Counted from the stretch's first letter, positions 1-12,246 are shown. The stretch is DNA of 64,000 nucleotides from Camelus ferus (GCF_009834535.1 NC_045705.1:70680001-70744000), one strand, 5' to 3'. Made by a program: numbers and translations. Notes: generated from the letters alone by a model not told the origin.

Positions 1-400
1 CGGCAGTTTGGGTCTTTTAAGTAATTTGTCTAGCCCATCTCCACTGATGACTTTGTCAGCAGAAAGTTCACGGTATTCTTTTTATTCTTTTAATACCTGT
101 AGAATCTGTGTTGATGTCTCTGCACTCACTCCTGACATGGGTAATTAGTGTGTTTTCTCTTTTCTTGTGAACATTTGGCTTTTATTTATTTTAATGAACT
201 TTATAAAGAACCAGCTTTTAATTTCACTGATTTCTCTGTTGTTTTCTGTTTCATTGATTCCGCTGTGACTCTTATTTGCGCATTTCCTCTACTTATGCTG
301 AGTTTACTGTGCCCTTCTTTTTCTAATTATTTAAAGAAGCTGAAGTCAGTGACTATAACTCCTGATCTGTTATATGGTTTGCAAATATTTTCTCCCGCTT

Positions 401-532
401 NNNNNNNNNNNNNNNNNNNNNNNNNNNNNNNNNNNNNNNNNNNNNNNNNNNNNNNNNNNNNNNNNNNNNNNNNNNNNNNNNNNNNNNNNNNNNNNNNNNN
501 NNNNNNNNNNNNNNNNNNNNNNNNNNNNNNNN
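401..532. other. N run (132 nt) inside L1
   Basis: Seen directly; flanks are contiguous L1 sequence. Confidence 0.98.
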
Positions 533-1014
533 AAATCTGTGTCAAGGAGCTTACCGCCTTTGCCTTCTCGGAGTTTTGTGGCTTCAAACATTACAGGTAA
601 ATCTTTAATCCATTTTGAGTTAACATTTGTGAATGGTATAAGATATGGGTCCAGTTTCATTCTTTTGCATGTGACTGTCCAGTTTTCTCAACACCATCTA
701 CTGAAGAGCTTATAGTTTCTCTATTGAGTATTCTTGGCTTCTTCGTTAAATATTATATACAGGCATGAGTTTATTTGGGGCTGTTGATTCTTTTCCACTG
801 GTCTGTGTGTCTGTTTGTATGCCAATACCATACTGTTTTAATTACTATAGCTTTATAGTATAGTTGGAAGTCAGGAAGTGATGCCTCCATCTTTGCTCTT
901 CTTTCTCGAGATTGCTTTGGCTATTCAGGGTCTTTTGTGGGTTCCTAAGAATTTTAGGATTTTTTTTTCTACTTCTGTAAAAATGTCATTGGAATTCTGG
1001 TAGGGGTTACATTG

Positions 1015-1214
1015 NNNNNNNNNNNNNNNNNNNNNNNNNNNNNNNNNNNNNNNNNNNNNNNNNNNNNNNNNNNNNNNNNNNNNNNNNNNNNNNNNNNNNN
1101 NNNNNNNNNNNNNNNNNNNNNNNNNNNNNNNNNNNNNNNNNNNNNNNNNNNNNNNNNNNNNNNNNNNNNNNNNNNNNNNNNNNNNNNNNNNNNNNNNNNN
1201 NNNNNNNNNNNNNN
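1015..1214. other. N run (200 nt) inside L1
   Basis: Seen directly. Confidence 0.98.
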
Positions 1215-1319
1215 TGATTGTATGTTTCATTTCTTTTTCAGATAGTTTGTTATTTGTGTATAGAAATGCAACTGATTTTGTTTCCTCCAACCTTACTGAA
1301 TTTGTGGATTAGTTGTACC

Positions 1320-1323
<4 letters not shown>

Positions 1324-1360
<37 letters not shown>
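1324..1360. repeat. (TG)n microsatellite, about 18 units
   Basis: Perfect TG run seen directly. Confidence 0.97.
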
Positions 1361-1363
<3 letters not shown>

Positions 1364-2600
1364 CTTAGAGTTTTCTGTATATAAGATCATGTCATCTTGA
1401 AAAAAGAGACACCTTGACTTCTTCCTTTCTGATTCGGATGTCTTTTATTTCTTTTTCTTGCCTGATTGCCCTGGCTAGGACTTTTACTCCTACTTTGTTG
1501 AGTAGGAGTGGTGACAGTGAGCACACTTGTCTTTTTTCTGGTCTTAGAGGAAGAACTTTCAGCTTTTCACCATCGAGACTGATGTTAGTCATGGGCTTGC
1601 CATATATGCCTTTATTATGTTGGGTGTGTTCCTTCTACACTTTGTTAAGAGTTTTTGTCATGGAAGGACGTTGAACTTTGTCAAATACTTTTTCTGCATC
1701 CATTGAGATGAATGCATGATTTTTATCTTTCATTCTATAAACGTGATGTATCACTTTTATTGATTTGTGTATGTTGAGCCATGCTTGCACCCCAGGGATG
1801 AATCTCACTTGATCACAGTATGTGATCCCTTTAATGGGCTGTTGAATTGGTTTGGCAGTATTTTGTTGAGAACTTTTGCCTCTGTATTCATCATTTTCTT
1901 TTCTTGTAGTGTCCTTATCTGGCTTTGGTATCAGGGTGATGCTGGCCTTGTGAAATGAGTTTGGAAGTATTCCCTCCTCGTCAATGTTTGCAAGAGTTTG
2001 AGGGGGATTGTCATTAATTTTTCTTTAAATGTTTAGTAGAATTCATCAGTGGAACCATCTGGTCCTTTGTTGGGAGGTTTTGGTTAGTGATTCAAACTCC
2101 TTACTCACTTGTCTGTTAAGATTTTCTATTTCTTCATGATTTAGTCTCAGTAGCTTGTGTACTTCTAGGAATTTATCCATTTATTCTAGGATATCCAATT
2201 TGTTGGCAAGTAATTGTCCATAATAGTCTCTTTTGATCTTTTGCATTTCGGTGGTATTAGTTGTAATATCTCCTCTTAAAACATTGGTAATTTTATTTAT
2301 TTGAGTGCCGACTCTTTTTTCTTGGTCAATCAAGTTAAAGGTTTGTCAATTTTCTTTATGTTTTCAAAGAAACAACTCTCAGTTTTGTTCATCTTTTCCA
2401 TTGTTTTTCTGTTCCCTGTTCACTTATTTCTGCTCTAATCTTTACTATTTCCTTCCTTCTGCTAACTTTGGGCTTAGTTTTACTTTTCCAGTTTTTTGAG
2501 TGTACTTTTTTTTTCTTTGAGACCTTTCTCTTCTCTTCATGCGTGTGACTCCAGGTTTCTTTTGATTAGTTTTGACACAGAATATCTTTTGAAATCTGTA

Positions 2601-2735
2601 CTAATTATTTATTGTTGCATAACAAATACCCCAAAACTTAGTGGCTTAAAACAATAAACATTTTTTATCTCACAGTTTTCAGTGGGCCAGGAAACTGGGC
2701 ACAGTTTAGCTGGATGCCTCTGGATCAAGGATTCC
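2601..2735 (-). mobile_element. MLT1-type (ERVL-MaLR) LTR fragment
   Basis: ttgttgcataacaaataccccaaaacttagtggcttaaaacaa...atctcacagttt resembles the recalled MLT1 LTR end. Confidence 0.7.
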
Positions 2736-2989
2736 CATAGGACACTCTCTCTGCCTCAGGCCCCAGTAGGGTTTGGCATGGCATGGGACTGTTACTAATT
2801 CTGTCTTTATTTAAAACTGATATTTTGGTCTTCGTGGAATTTTTTAACATGACTTTGTATTTTTAAAAAATATTACGTTAAGATATTATTTATCTTGATT
2901 GCTGAGGGTTTTTTTTTTTTTTTTTTTGAGCGCTTCCTTAAATTTAGTGACTGAGGCAAGAACCTCATTCTCTTCATCCTAGTCTCAGC

Positions 2990-5215
2990 CTTGGATGTGA
3001 CTACCCAATTATCCTGATAGCAGTATAGTCTTACTATTAAAATATTTGTGTCTTTATATTTGATGTATGTTTCTTAAAGTCAGCATAGAGTTAGACTTTT
3101 TTTTTTTGGTCTAATATGACAATATCTGCCTTTTAATTGGAATATTTAGACCATTTATACGTCATGTAATTATTGATTCGGTGAGGTTTGTCGTCTTACT
3201 GTTTGTTTCCTGTTTACACATCTGCTCTTTGCTCCTTTGTTTTCTCTAGATGTAAAAAATTATTGAATATTGTGATTTTTAATGATCCCATTAGTTCTTT
3301 TATTGGCTTATTACAACCCTTTGTTTTCTCGTTTTAGTAGTTGCTTTAGGGTTTGTAGTTTACATCTTAAATTGATACAGTCTGCCTTCACACGCGTGTA
3401 AGAGTTTTACCACAGTTACTTCCATTCTTCCCTCTGGCCTTTGTACTATTGCTGTCAAACAATTTACTCTTCCATATGCTCACAACCCCACACTAATTTG
3501 TTATTATTTTTGTTTAAATAGTGACTTATCTTTTTAAAATATTTAAGTAATAACAATAATGTAAGTATATTTACCCACACAGTTACCATTTCCAGTGCAC
3601 TTCATTCTTTGTGTGCCTCTGTAATTTCATCTTCATATACTTTCCTTCTGCCTGAAAGATCTTCCGTAATATTTTTGTAGTGCAGGTCTGCTGGTGATGA
3701 ATTCTCTCAGCTTTCGAATGTCTGGAAACATGTTTATTTCACTTAACTGTTGCAAGATTCTTTCACTGGGTGTAGAATCTTCAACTGACAGGTTTTTTTC
3801 TTTCTCTAGTTTAAAATTTATGCTTCACTGTCTTGTCCTTGCATTGTTACCAGTGAGGACTCTCTGTTGTCCTTACTTTTATACTTTATACACACCTTAT
3901 TCCTCTGTACATTTGGAATGCATTTTTTTTCCCTTTGGCTGCTGCAAGTTTTTTTTCCTTTACTATGGTTTTGAATCATTTGATTAAGCTGCGTCTTGGT
4001 GTTGTTTTCTTCATGTTCCTTGTTTTTGAGTGCCTGTTGAGCTTCTTGGATCTGTGGCTTTCTAATTCTCATGAAATTGGAAAAATGTTAGCCATTTTTC
4101 TGTCTCCCTCTTTACCTCCTTTTCTTCAGGAACTCCAGTTATACGTGTATTAGATCACTTGGAGATGTCCAGTGCTCTCTGGTGCACTCTTTATTCTTAA
4201 GCAAATCTCTTTTCTCTCTCTGCTCAATTTTAGATATCATCTTTTTCTGTCTTCCAGTTCATTAGTTTTTTCTTTTGTAATATGTAATTTGCCATTAATC
4301 CAAGCTAGTGCACTTTTCATCTCAGACATCATGGAAATTCAATTTGCATATCTTTCATGTCTCAACTTACCTTTTCAACTTATGAAATACAGTTACAGTT
4401 ACTGTTCCTAATATCCTGGGCTGCTCGTTTCCTTGCCCTTGTTAATTCCTTTATCAGTCCTGGGTGTTTATTTATCTAACTCTTCGTTATATGTCGTAGT
4501 TTCCTGATTTTTTCATGTTTGGTATTTGTGATCAGATATTAGACATTGTAACTTTGATCGTTTTAGTTGCTAGATGTTTTTGTTTTCCTTTCTTTTAGCT
4601 TTGTACTGAAACACTTGGATTCTTCTGGGTTAGGCAGGACTGGAGCAGCGCTCAGTCTAGGGAAGACTGTCCCCCACTACTAAGGCAACAGCCTACTATG
4701 AACTCTACCGCATGCCTCATGAGTTACGAGGTTTCCCACACTGGCTGATGGAGCAGCCCATTCCACCCTGAGGGAAAGCAGGCATAGTTCTCTACTATTT
4801 TAGGGTAATTCTTTCCCCAGCTCTGGCAGTTTTCTCACCAGTCTGCTCTGAACTGTTCTCTGCCAGGGGCTCACAGGGGACTTTCTACAGATCTCTGGGG
4901 AGCTCTCTCCTTTCTAGAAATATGTCTAGAGGACTCCAGCTGCCTCAGCCTCCTGTGGCTCTGTCCTCTGCCTCTTCAACCAGAACCCCAGTGGGCACTG
5001 CCTGGTACCTCTTCTGCACCACAATCTGGAAGCTCCACCAGGGCAGCAGCTGGGAAATTGCAGCCCCTCCGCCCAATATGTGTCTCTCTTCTCGAGAGCC
5101 ACTGGTCTTTGTTGCCTGCTGTCCAGGGTCTTGAATTTGGTCCTTTTTTATTGTTTAGGGGAAGGGGAAAGGTAAAATCAGTTCCTCTTACTCAATTTTG
5201 GTCAGAAATGGAAAT
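2990..5215 (-). mobile_element. Old LINE-1 (L1ME/L1M-like) ORF1 and 5' UTR remnant
   Basis: QIQEAQQ ORF1-like motif (3818-4072). The 5' end aggtaaaatcagttcctcttactcaattttggtcagaaatggaaat resembles the recalled L1ME 5' terminus and is colinear with the copy at 43880-44848. Confidence 0.75.
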
Positions 5216-5419
5216 CTTTAATTTTTAATCTTTTTCATGTGTCGTTATACCACTCTCCACAATTCTGGTATTTAAAAAGTATATCTCCTCCTTATTTTTT
5301 ATTACATTTGCCTACTTTGTTGGTCTTTAAAAATCAGGTTTTCATTTTATTGACTAAACTATTCACTATTTTCTGTGTTGTTAATTTCTTCCCTCACTGA
5401 TTAGTCTTGTTACTTCTTT

Positions 5420-5540
5420 TACATTTTTTAAAAAATTGAAATATGTTATGTTAGTTTCAGGTGTACAGCCAAGTGACTCAGTATATAATGCTATCTTTTC
5501 AGATTCTTGTCCATTGTAGGTTATTACAGGATATTAATTA
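5420..5540 (-). mobile_element. Short LINE-1 3' end fragment
   Basis: gttagtttcaggtgtacag...gattcttgtccattgtaggttattacaggatatt is typical of a laurasiatherian L1 3' UTR; similar pieces occur at 10228 and 12247. Confidence 0.7.
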
Positions 5541-5560
5541 AAATTAACACAAAATTAACC

Positions 5561-5911
5561 ATCAACTTGACTGACCACCGGGTGCCCAGATTGTTTCCAG
5601 GTGAGATTAACGTTGACTCAGTGGGCACAGTAGAGCAGACGGCCCTCCCCTGGCGTGGGCGGGCCTTGCCCTGTCCACTGATGTCAGAACAGGACACAAG
5701 GCAGGGGGGAGGAAGCCTCCCGCTTCCCACCTGGCTGCTTGAGCTGGGACACTGACCTGCCCTCGGCCCTCGGAGACCTTCAGACTTGGACTGGATCACA
5801 GCACCACCTTTCCTGGGTCTCCAGCCTGTGCAGGGCAGCGACTGTGTGAGCCTGTTTATCCGGGGGTGTCTCTCAGGGGCTCACTCTCCCGGGAGAAGGC
5901 TAAGCAGTGCA
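5561..5911 (+). mobile_element. MLT2-type 5' LTR of ERVL provirus
   Basis: tcaacttgactg...cttgagctgggaca...ggagaaggctaa matches the recalled MLT2 LTR, lies directly before the ERVL internal start and is homologous to 12944-13406. Confidence 0.8.
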
Positions 5912-6025
5912 GATGTGGTCCTGAGAGTGGCTCCACACGCAAAGAATGTTAAGAATGCATTTTCTGAATTGGTTCTGGGTTTCTGGAACCAGCTGTCTAC
6001 TCTGATTGCACTTAATGTTTAAAAA

Positions 6026-6400
6026 TTTTTTTTCCTTTCTTTTCTTTTTTCTCCTTTTTCAGTTTTATTGGGTAGAATTATTACAGTCCGACTGCACATA
6101 CACATTCTACTGCACGTAGATACATAAATAATACAGCGTACTGCTCGCTTTTTTTAGTTTACGTATGTGTACTGATTGTTGTTTCTAAGAACAGATTAGA
6201 GCTTTAGCTTTTTAAACTTACATAATTATCAAAGGAACAAAGCCAACCACAAAACAAGGATCAACAGAATGTGGTGATCCAGTCATACAGGACAGTCGGG
6301 TGCGCTCACACATACTCAAGAAATCAGTCCTCTAAGTCCTAAATAATAAATAGTTCACTTGTGTCCTTATTATTGTTGTTATTTTTTAGATTTTTCATAT
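6026..6400 (-). pseudogene. Orphan AT-rich fragment with AATAAA and A-rich tail (candidate retrocopied 3' UTR or transduced DNA)
   Basis: Interrupts ERVL. On the minus strand it ends ...ctacccAATAAAactg followed by an A-rich tract (plus 6026-6060). No source gene recognised. Confidence 0.45.
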
Positions 6401-6469
6401 AAAAAATTAAATAAAAAATTTTTTAATTAAAAAATTAAATAAAAATTTTTTTAATTAAAAAATTTTTTT
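6401..6469. repeat. A/T-only 28-bp tandem duplication
   Basis: aaaaaattaaataaaaaattttttaatt at 6401-6428 repeated at 6429-6456 with one A/T change, then a partial third unit. Confidence 0.85.
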
Positions 6470-6556
6470 CCTTTTGTTTTTAATGGGAGTTCTGGGGATT
6501 GAACCCAGGACTTCATGCCTGCTAAACACATGCTCTACCACTGAGCTATACCCTCC
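6460..6556 (-). mobile_element. tRNA-Ala-derived SINE (camelid vic-1-like)
   Basis: Reverse complement ggagggtatagctcagtggtagagcatgtgtttagcaggcatgaagtcctgggttcaatcccc has Pol III A/B boxes followed by an A-rich tail. Confidence 0.9.
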
Positions 6557-6567
6557 TGCAAATCTGT

Positions 6568-7700
6568 TTGGATTTCAAAATGCCAAAGACTCTATTTCCA
6601 GCCCTAGAGGGTGCGCTGATAGTCCACGGGGGGACCTGGCAAGAGAGATGCACAAAATCCTCCTCCCCAGCCAGTTACAGGAAGCAAGGAACAGCATTAC
6701 TCTGTATAATGCATCCTTTTGAACATTTTTGGAAAACTGAAGACTACAACAACGTGGGTTGGTTGCTCCTGGCGTTGCTGGACAGAGCGGTTCAAGTAAA
6801 GGGTGAGTTCAGGGTTTTGAATTCCCAGCTCGAGGGCCCCATGAGTACCCTAAAAGCGTCTGTGTGTGCCTTAAGAACGCCTGTCTTCTACGGCTGCAGG
6901 GCCGAGATTGCCGGAGAGCCAATGCAGAATCGCGTCCTGCATCACAACGCAAATCGAACCACCAGCCACGCAGGGGGTCTACTGTTAAGGAAGGACTGGG
7001 ACCCGGTAGGCTGGGGTGGGGTCAGTGGGAAGACCCTGATGGAGCTGGGGATAATAAGCCCCTAAATTCTGATGAGTCTCCTTGGCCAGTGGAAGTGGTG
7101 TCCCCACCCCTCATGGGTAGGAGCCTCCTGCCTCCATCTAGGGGGTTAACCCTGCAGTGCCTGGAGAGATGGCAGCAGCCCCACCCCGCGCCCAGGTAGC
7201 TGCCATGCAAGACACTCCTGCCCCTCTCAGGACCCACCCCCACCACTGTCTTTGCTTCTAGACCCATAACTAGACTCAAGTCCCAGCAGGCCTCCAAAGG
7301 TGAGGCACAAAGTGTGCGTGACTCATGGAGACGTGCGCTGCATTCCAAAAGAACGACTGGAGCTTTCTAGTTTACACAGACTGAAGTCCAGGGAACGTGT
7401 GAGCTGGATACCGAAGGTGCGGGACATGGGGAGAAGGAAGATGAAGGAGGTCAGGCTGAATTTAGGGACACGGGCCCTCTGAGCAGACATTCTGGATTCC
7501 ACACTACAGCTCTGGGGGTGAGGGAGGGTCGCACACATAGTTGGTTTGACTGCTTGGCTGAAACACGGACCAAAACACGGCCCATCACGAGTGAACTGGA
7601 GATGTCCTGCCTGCCTGGGTCAAAGGTCAGGGAGACAGGATGTCAGGGTAGATCTGTCCTGTAAGATCTGCCCGCCACCTGGGATGGCCCAGAAGATGAC
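6568..7700 (+). pseudogene. ERVL gag remnant
   Basis: FEHFWKTEDYNNVGWLLLALLD...LRKDWDPVGWGG resembles ERVL Gag (GWLLL, KEWDP motifs); frameshifted. Confidence 0.85.
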
Positions 7701-8699
7701 CTCTCACCCCGACTGTGAGGAGTAACCCCATGGGGAGCCCCGGCACCTCCTGGATCTCATCCTCAGAGGTCACCGTCCCCTGTCGTCCAGGTGCCACAGC
7801 GGGAACTGCAGTCACCGAGCTGGGAAACCTAAGTGAGAGGGGTCTTTGGACTCAGGGGTGGCGGGGGCCACGTGGGGGCCCTCAGCTGCCACAGGCAAGG
7901 TGGGTGTGGTGACCGGGATGGACAGCAGAGCCGGGCAGACTCGCACTGACCTGCGGCCCCGGCAGGTTGACCCTGGTGCTCCTAGAAGGGAAATGGACAG
8001 GAAGCCTGCTGAATTCTGACTCCCTCTCTATACGGGGGAAGTTCTAGGTCACGTGAACAATTGTCTAAGCCGAATTGTAAAAACAGAGAGTCATGGCCCC
8101 TCAGTCAATCCCCAGACTTGAACCAGACCACAGACCCAGAGCCCCTGAGGAAGGGCCCCGGGACACCCCTGGAAACGGTTGCTGGCTGTCTCCCAGCTTC
8201 CCCGAAGGACCTGCAGCCGTTCACAGGGGGACTGTGCTGGGGGAAGGGGCAGCGATGAGACTTCTGGGGACTACTGGATACAGGCTCTGAACTGACACCA
8301 ATTCCAGGAGGCCCCGAACATCCCTGTGGCCCTCCGCTCAGATGGGGGTGCATGGGGGTCCAGGGCCAGAGCAGCTCCAGCTCAGGGCCCTCACAGCAGG
8401 CCCACCAAAAGGAATAAAAGGAATAGACATGCTCAGCTGCTGGCGGAGCCCCCACACTGGCTCCCTGACCTTGGAGTGAGGGCTGTCGTGGTGGGAAAGG
8501 CCTAGGGGAAGCCCCCCACGCTGCCTCTACTGAGGAAAACGGTAAACCCAGCACACGCCTGGCCGGACTGCAGCCATCAGCGCCTCCACCGAGGACCTGA
8601 AGGCTGGAGGGGCGTGGCTCCCATCATGTCCGGCCCTTCTCCTCCGATCGGCCTGTGCAGGGTACAGGTGGGTCCTGGAGAAGGACGGTGGACTGGTGG

Positions 8700-9060
8700 G
8701 TTATCATAAGCCTGGTGGGGTGGTGACTCCAGCTGCAGCTGCTGTACAGAAGTGCTTTCACGGCTTGAGCAGGTCCACACGCACCCTGGTACCTGGTGTA
8801 CAGCTCTTGATGCTGCAAATGCCTTCTTCTCCATCCCCGTCTGCGAGGCCCCCCAGCAGCAGTTTGCGTTCACCTGGCAAGGCCAGCAACACACTTATAC
8901 TGTCCTAATGCAGGGGCAAGTCAGCTCTCCAGCCCTGGGTCCTGACTGTGTTCACAGGGACCTCAGTCACGTTTTCCTTCCACAGGACGTCACGCTGGCC
9001 TCTGCATTGACGGCATCATGCTGGTCGGCCCTGCTGGGTAAGAAGCAGCAGCTCCTCTAG
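8700..9060 (+). pseudogene. ERVL pol reverse transcriptase remnant
   Basis: LEQVHTHPGTWCTALDAANAFFSIPV...QQQFAFTWQGQQHTYTVLMQGQVSSPAL matches ERVL RT (DLANAFFSIP, QFAFSWQGQQY). Confidence 0.93.
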
Positions 9061-10227
9061 ACTTCTCGATAAGACGTCTGCATGTCAGAGGGCAGAAGTA
9101 AACCCTGCAAAAGTCCAGGGCCTCAGTCTACCTCAGTGAAGTTTCTAGGGGCCCAGCAGTGTGGGGCACGTGAAGACAGCCCTCCTAGGGTGACGGGCAG
9201 GTGTTTTGGTCACCCAGCGCCTAGGTGGACTTTTTGGATTCTGGAGACACGTTCCTCATTTGGAGGTGTTACTCCAGCCTGTGGAGTGGGTGGCAGCTGG
9301 TTCTGGGGTGGAGGCGGGGCGGGGGAGGCAAACAGGAGCAGGCTGGGCAGTGGGTCCAGGCCGCGCTGCCCTTGGGCCCCGTGGTGCAGCGGGTCCAGGG
9401 CCTGAAGTGCCGGGGTGGTCGGGGGTGCTGCTTGAGTCTTCAGCAGACCCTACAGGCGAATCGCAGGGCAGGCCCTGAGGACTTGGGAACAAGACCCTGT
9501 CATCCACCCCAGGCAACTACGCCCCTCTTGAGAAGCAGCTCTTGGCCTGCTACTGCCCTTCGCAGGGACTGAACACTTGACCGTGGGTCACCGAGTTACC
9601 ATGTGACTTGCGCTGCCCGCCATGAACTGGCCGTTACCTTTCTCTGGCCCACCGAGCCATAAAGCTGGGCGTGTCCATCCCTCAGTGGATTCCATCACCC
9701 AGCGGAAGTGATCGTGTCCGAGTTCCTGAAGGCACAAGTCAGCTTCATGAAGAAGCAGCCCAAATGCCCAGGGTCCCCACTCCTGCCACACCGTCTGCTC
9801 TCTCCCAGCCTGAACCCATGGCCTTGTGGGGCCAGGGGAGTTTCCTAGGATGCACTGACAGAGGAAGAGATGGCTGGGCTTCTTCACGGGTGGTTCTGAC
9901 TGATATGCGAGCCCCACGCACAAGGGGTGGGGCATCGCTCAAGGACCTGGGGAAGGGACCTCCTCCCCGTGGGCAGAACTCAGGGCAGTGCGCCTGGCCC
10001 TGCGCTTGGCTCGAAAAGAGAAGTGGCCGGATGTGTGACTGTCAGCGGATCTGTGGGCTGCGGCCAGTGGTTTGGCGGGGCGGTCAGGGACTTGGAATAA
10101 ACATGATTGGAAAACTGGTGACAAGAAAACGTGGGGAAGAGGTATGTGGGTTAGCAAGAACTCTGAAAGTATTTGTGGCCGATGTGAACGCTCCCCAGAG
10201 GCTGACCTCGGCAGACTGCTCTTTTCT

Positions 10228-10375
10228 GCGTTGAAGCACAGTCCGCTGACGACGCTGTGTTAATTTCTGGCGTGCAGCACGGTGATTCGGTTATGCACGT
10301 GTGTGTGTGTTCCTTTTCTGATTCTTCTCCATTATAGGCCATTGCAAGGTGCTGAATACGGTTCCCTGTGCTGTC
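10228..10375 (-). mobile_element. Short L1 3' end inserted in ERVL pol
   Basis: gttaatttctggcgtgcagca...ctccattataggccattgcaaggtgctgaatacggttccctgtgct is an L1 3' UTR motif; ERVL resumes afterwards. Confidence 0.75.
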
Positions 10376-10379
10376 AAGG

Positions 10380-10930
10380 AAGGCTCACCCGCCCTGTGGA
10401 CTCCCTCAGCCTCTTTCCCAGCCACCCCGCCATTGCCCAAGGGGTTTATGAACAAAGTGGCCGTGGTGGCAGGGATGGAGGTGATGGGGCCGGGGCTCAG
10501 CAACACGGACTCCACTCACCACGGCTGCGTCCAGTCGGCCGGCAGCAGACACCAGCACTGACCCCCAGGATGGCACCACCCGCAGGTGACCAGCCAGCTA
10601 CCCGGTGGCCTGTTAATTACACCTGTCGGCTCCCATCACGGAAGGGGCCACGTGTTGCTCTTACTGGAACAGACACTTACTCCAGATAAGGGTTTGCCTT
10701 CTCTGTATACAATACTTGTGCCAAAACTGCTGTCCACAGACTTTCAGAAAGCCTCATCCGCCAGCATGGCGTGCTGCATGGCACCAGGTCTGACCAGGGA
10801 GCCCTCCCCACAGCAGACCAAGTGTGGCAGTGGGCCCACGGTCATGGAACTCACTGGGCCCACATGTCCTCCACCCTCCTGAAGCAGCCTGCTCAACACA
10901 ACGGTGGAATGACCTTTTGAAGACTCGGTC
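10380..10930 (+). pseudogene. ERVL integrase remnant
   Basis: IAQGVYEQSGRGGRDGG...AQQHGL...GDQPATRWPVNY...LTGTDTYS matches the ERVL integrase N-terminal and core regions with degenerate catalytic positions. Confidence 0.88.
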
Positions 10931-11149
10931 ACCGCCCAGCTGTGTGTCAGTACCCTGCAGGGCTTGGCAGGGCTCTCCAGGAGGCCGTCCATGCCACCAA
11001 GGAAGGCTGACCTGTTCTGTGGACCCCCATCAGCCTCCTTTTCCAGTGTCCATCCATGGGCTGCTCCCCCCACAGCCAAGACTCATGGGTCCAGGACCCA
11101 AGGGGAGGAAATGGGGGGCACCACCCACCCCTACCCCCAAGGACCCACC

Positions 11150-11420
11150 AGCAGGACTCTCACTTCCTGCTCCGGAGACCTGGTGCTCTGGTCTTACAGG
11201 TCTTAGCTCCAGAGCGCGGGGCCCTTCCACCAGGAGGACACTGAATGGAGGTGAAGACACACCTGGCCACCCTGGGCTCCTCCTGTCTCTGAATCAAAAG
11301 TCAAAGAAGGGACTTTCTGTGTGGGCTGGGGTGACGGATCCTGACCTCCGGGGGAAACTGGACTGCTGCCCCACCCTGGAGGCACGGAAGGGCGCGCCGG
11401 ATACAGGAGGTGTCTCGGGG
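11150..11420 (+). pseudogene. ERVL dUTPase remnant
   Basis: GHPGLLLSLNQKSKKGLSVWAGVTDPD resembles ERVL dUTPase (GHFGLL...GVIDPDY) and lies after integrase, as is typical of ERVL. Confidence 0.8.
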
Positions 11421-11779
11421 CGCCTCTAGCGTCACCACGCCCCGGGTACGGGTCAAGGAAAGCCACAGCAGCCCAGACCAGGCAGGACCACTGATGGCCC
11501 TTCAGGAACGAGGTTTGGGTCACACCAGCAGGGACAGCTGAGGGGCTTGTCGAAGGCAGAGGGAATGTGAAGCCGGTGATGGGAAAAGGTGGTTATAAAC
11601 ACCAGCTTCCACCAGGAGGCCAGTTACAGAAGCGAGGGCTGCAGTTGTTCCGTGTATTTCCTCCTGGTTCTGCTGTAAGTCTGTCTTTTTATGGCTGAGG
11701 AGTATTCCATTGTACAGATACAACGTAAATAGTGTGTGTCTTGGTTTCTTTCCTCTCTTGTCCCCTTACCACGTGAGAT

Positions 11780-11985
11780 GCACTGACTCCTGGTGGTGGA
11801 GACGTGTGCCTTGGCCGTATCAATGCCAATACTCTCTTTGCCATATTGTACGATGGTTTTCTAAGATGGTACCACGGGGGGAGACTGGCTAAAATGTTCA
11901 CAGAATCTCTCTGTATCTTTTCTTACAAATGCATATGAAGCTACGATTATCTCAAAATAAAAAGTTTAATAATTAAAAAAATGTA
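11780..11985 (+). mobile_element. L1MC-like 3' end with A-rich tail, inserted in ERVL
   Basis: gaatctctctgtatcttttcttacaaatgcatatgaagctacgattatctcaaaataaaaagtttaa...aaaaaaa. Confidence 0.75.
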
Positions 11986-12246
11986 CTGACTTAATGTCAC
12001 AGCATTTAGCAATGTTAATTTACACCCTCGTGTTTAAGCTGCGGGTGTCACCAGCGGAGTAAACATCCCTCCAGGGCTTACCTCCTCTTCTGGGGAAGGG
12101 GTTCATGCGTTTGCAGCTGTAGGCAGGATAGCTGTATTACGTTCAGGAGAACCGTGACCTTTTCGTTGTCCTTGTTTGGAGATTGAGTATGGTTAAAGAG
12201 GTGAGTACAGGGGCCAAGTTGACAAGCAGTGGACGAGTGATGGTCA

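Larger units (their letters stand above)
1..2520 (-). mobile_element. LINE-1 ORF2 remnant (antisense), degraded
   Basis: Minus-strand ORF fragments match L1 ORF2: KLDPYLIPFTNVNSKWIKDL (370-660), KSVAFLYTNNKLSEKEMK (925-1290), [22 protein letters not shown]...[13 protein letters not shown]...KEEVKVSLF (1392-1592, RT region). Many stops and frameshifts. Confidence 0.92.
5912..12236 (+). mobile_element. ERVL (class III ERV) internal region, gag-pol-dUTPase, defective, with nested insertions
   Basis: Colinear ERVL-like gag, RT, RNase H, integrase and dUTPase peptides in the ORF track. Ends caagttgacaagcagtggac just before the 3' LTR. Confidence 0.92.

Noticed and set aside
6568-7065. 165-aa ERVL gag ORF as a domesticated gene (Fv1-like)
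   Set aside because: It starts at a non-ATG codon, homology drifts between frames and the rest of gag is broken; the length is explained by GC drift removing stops.
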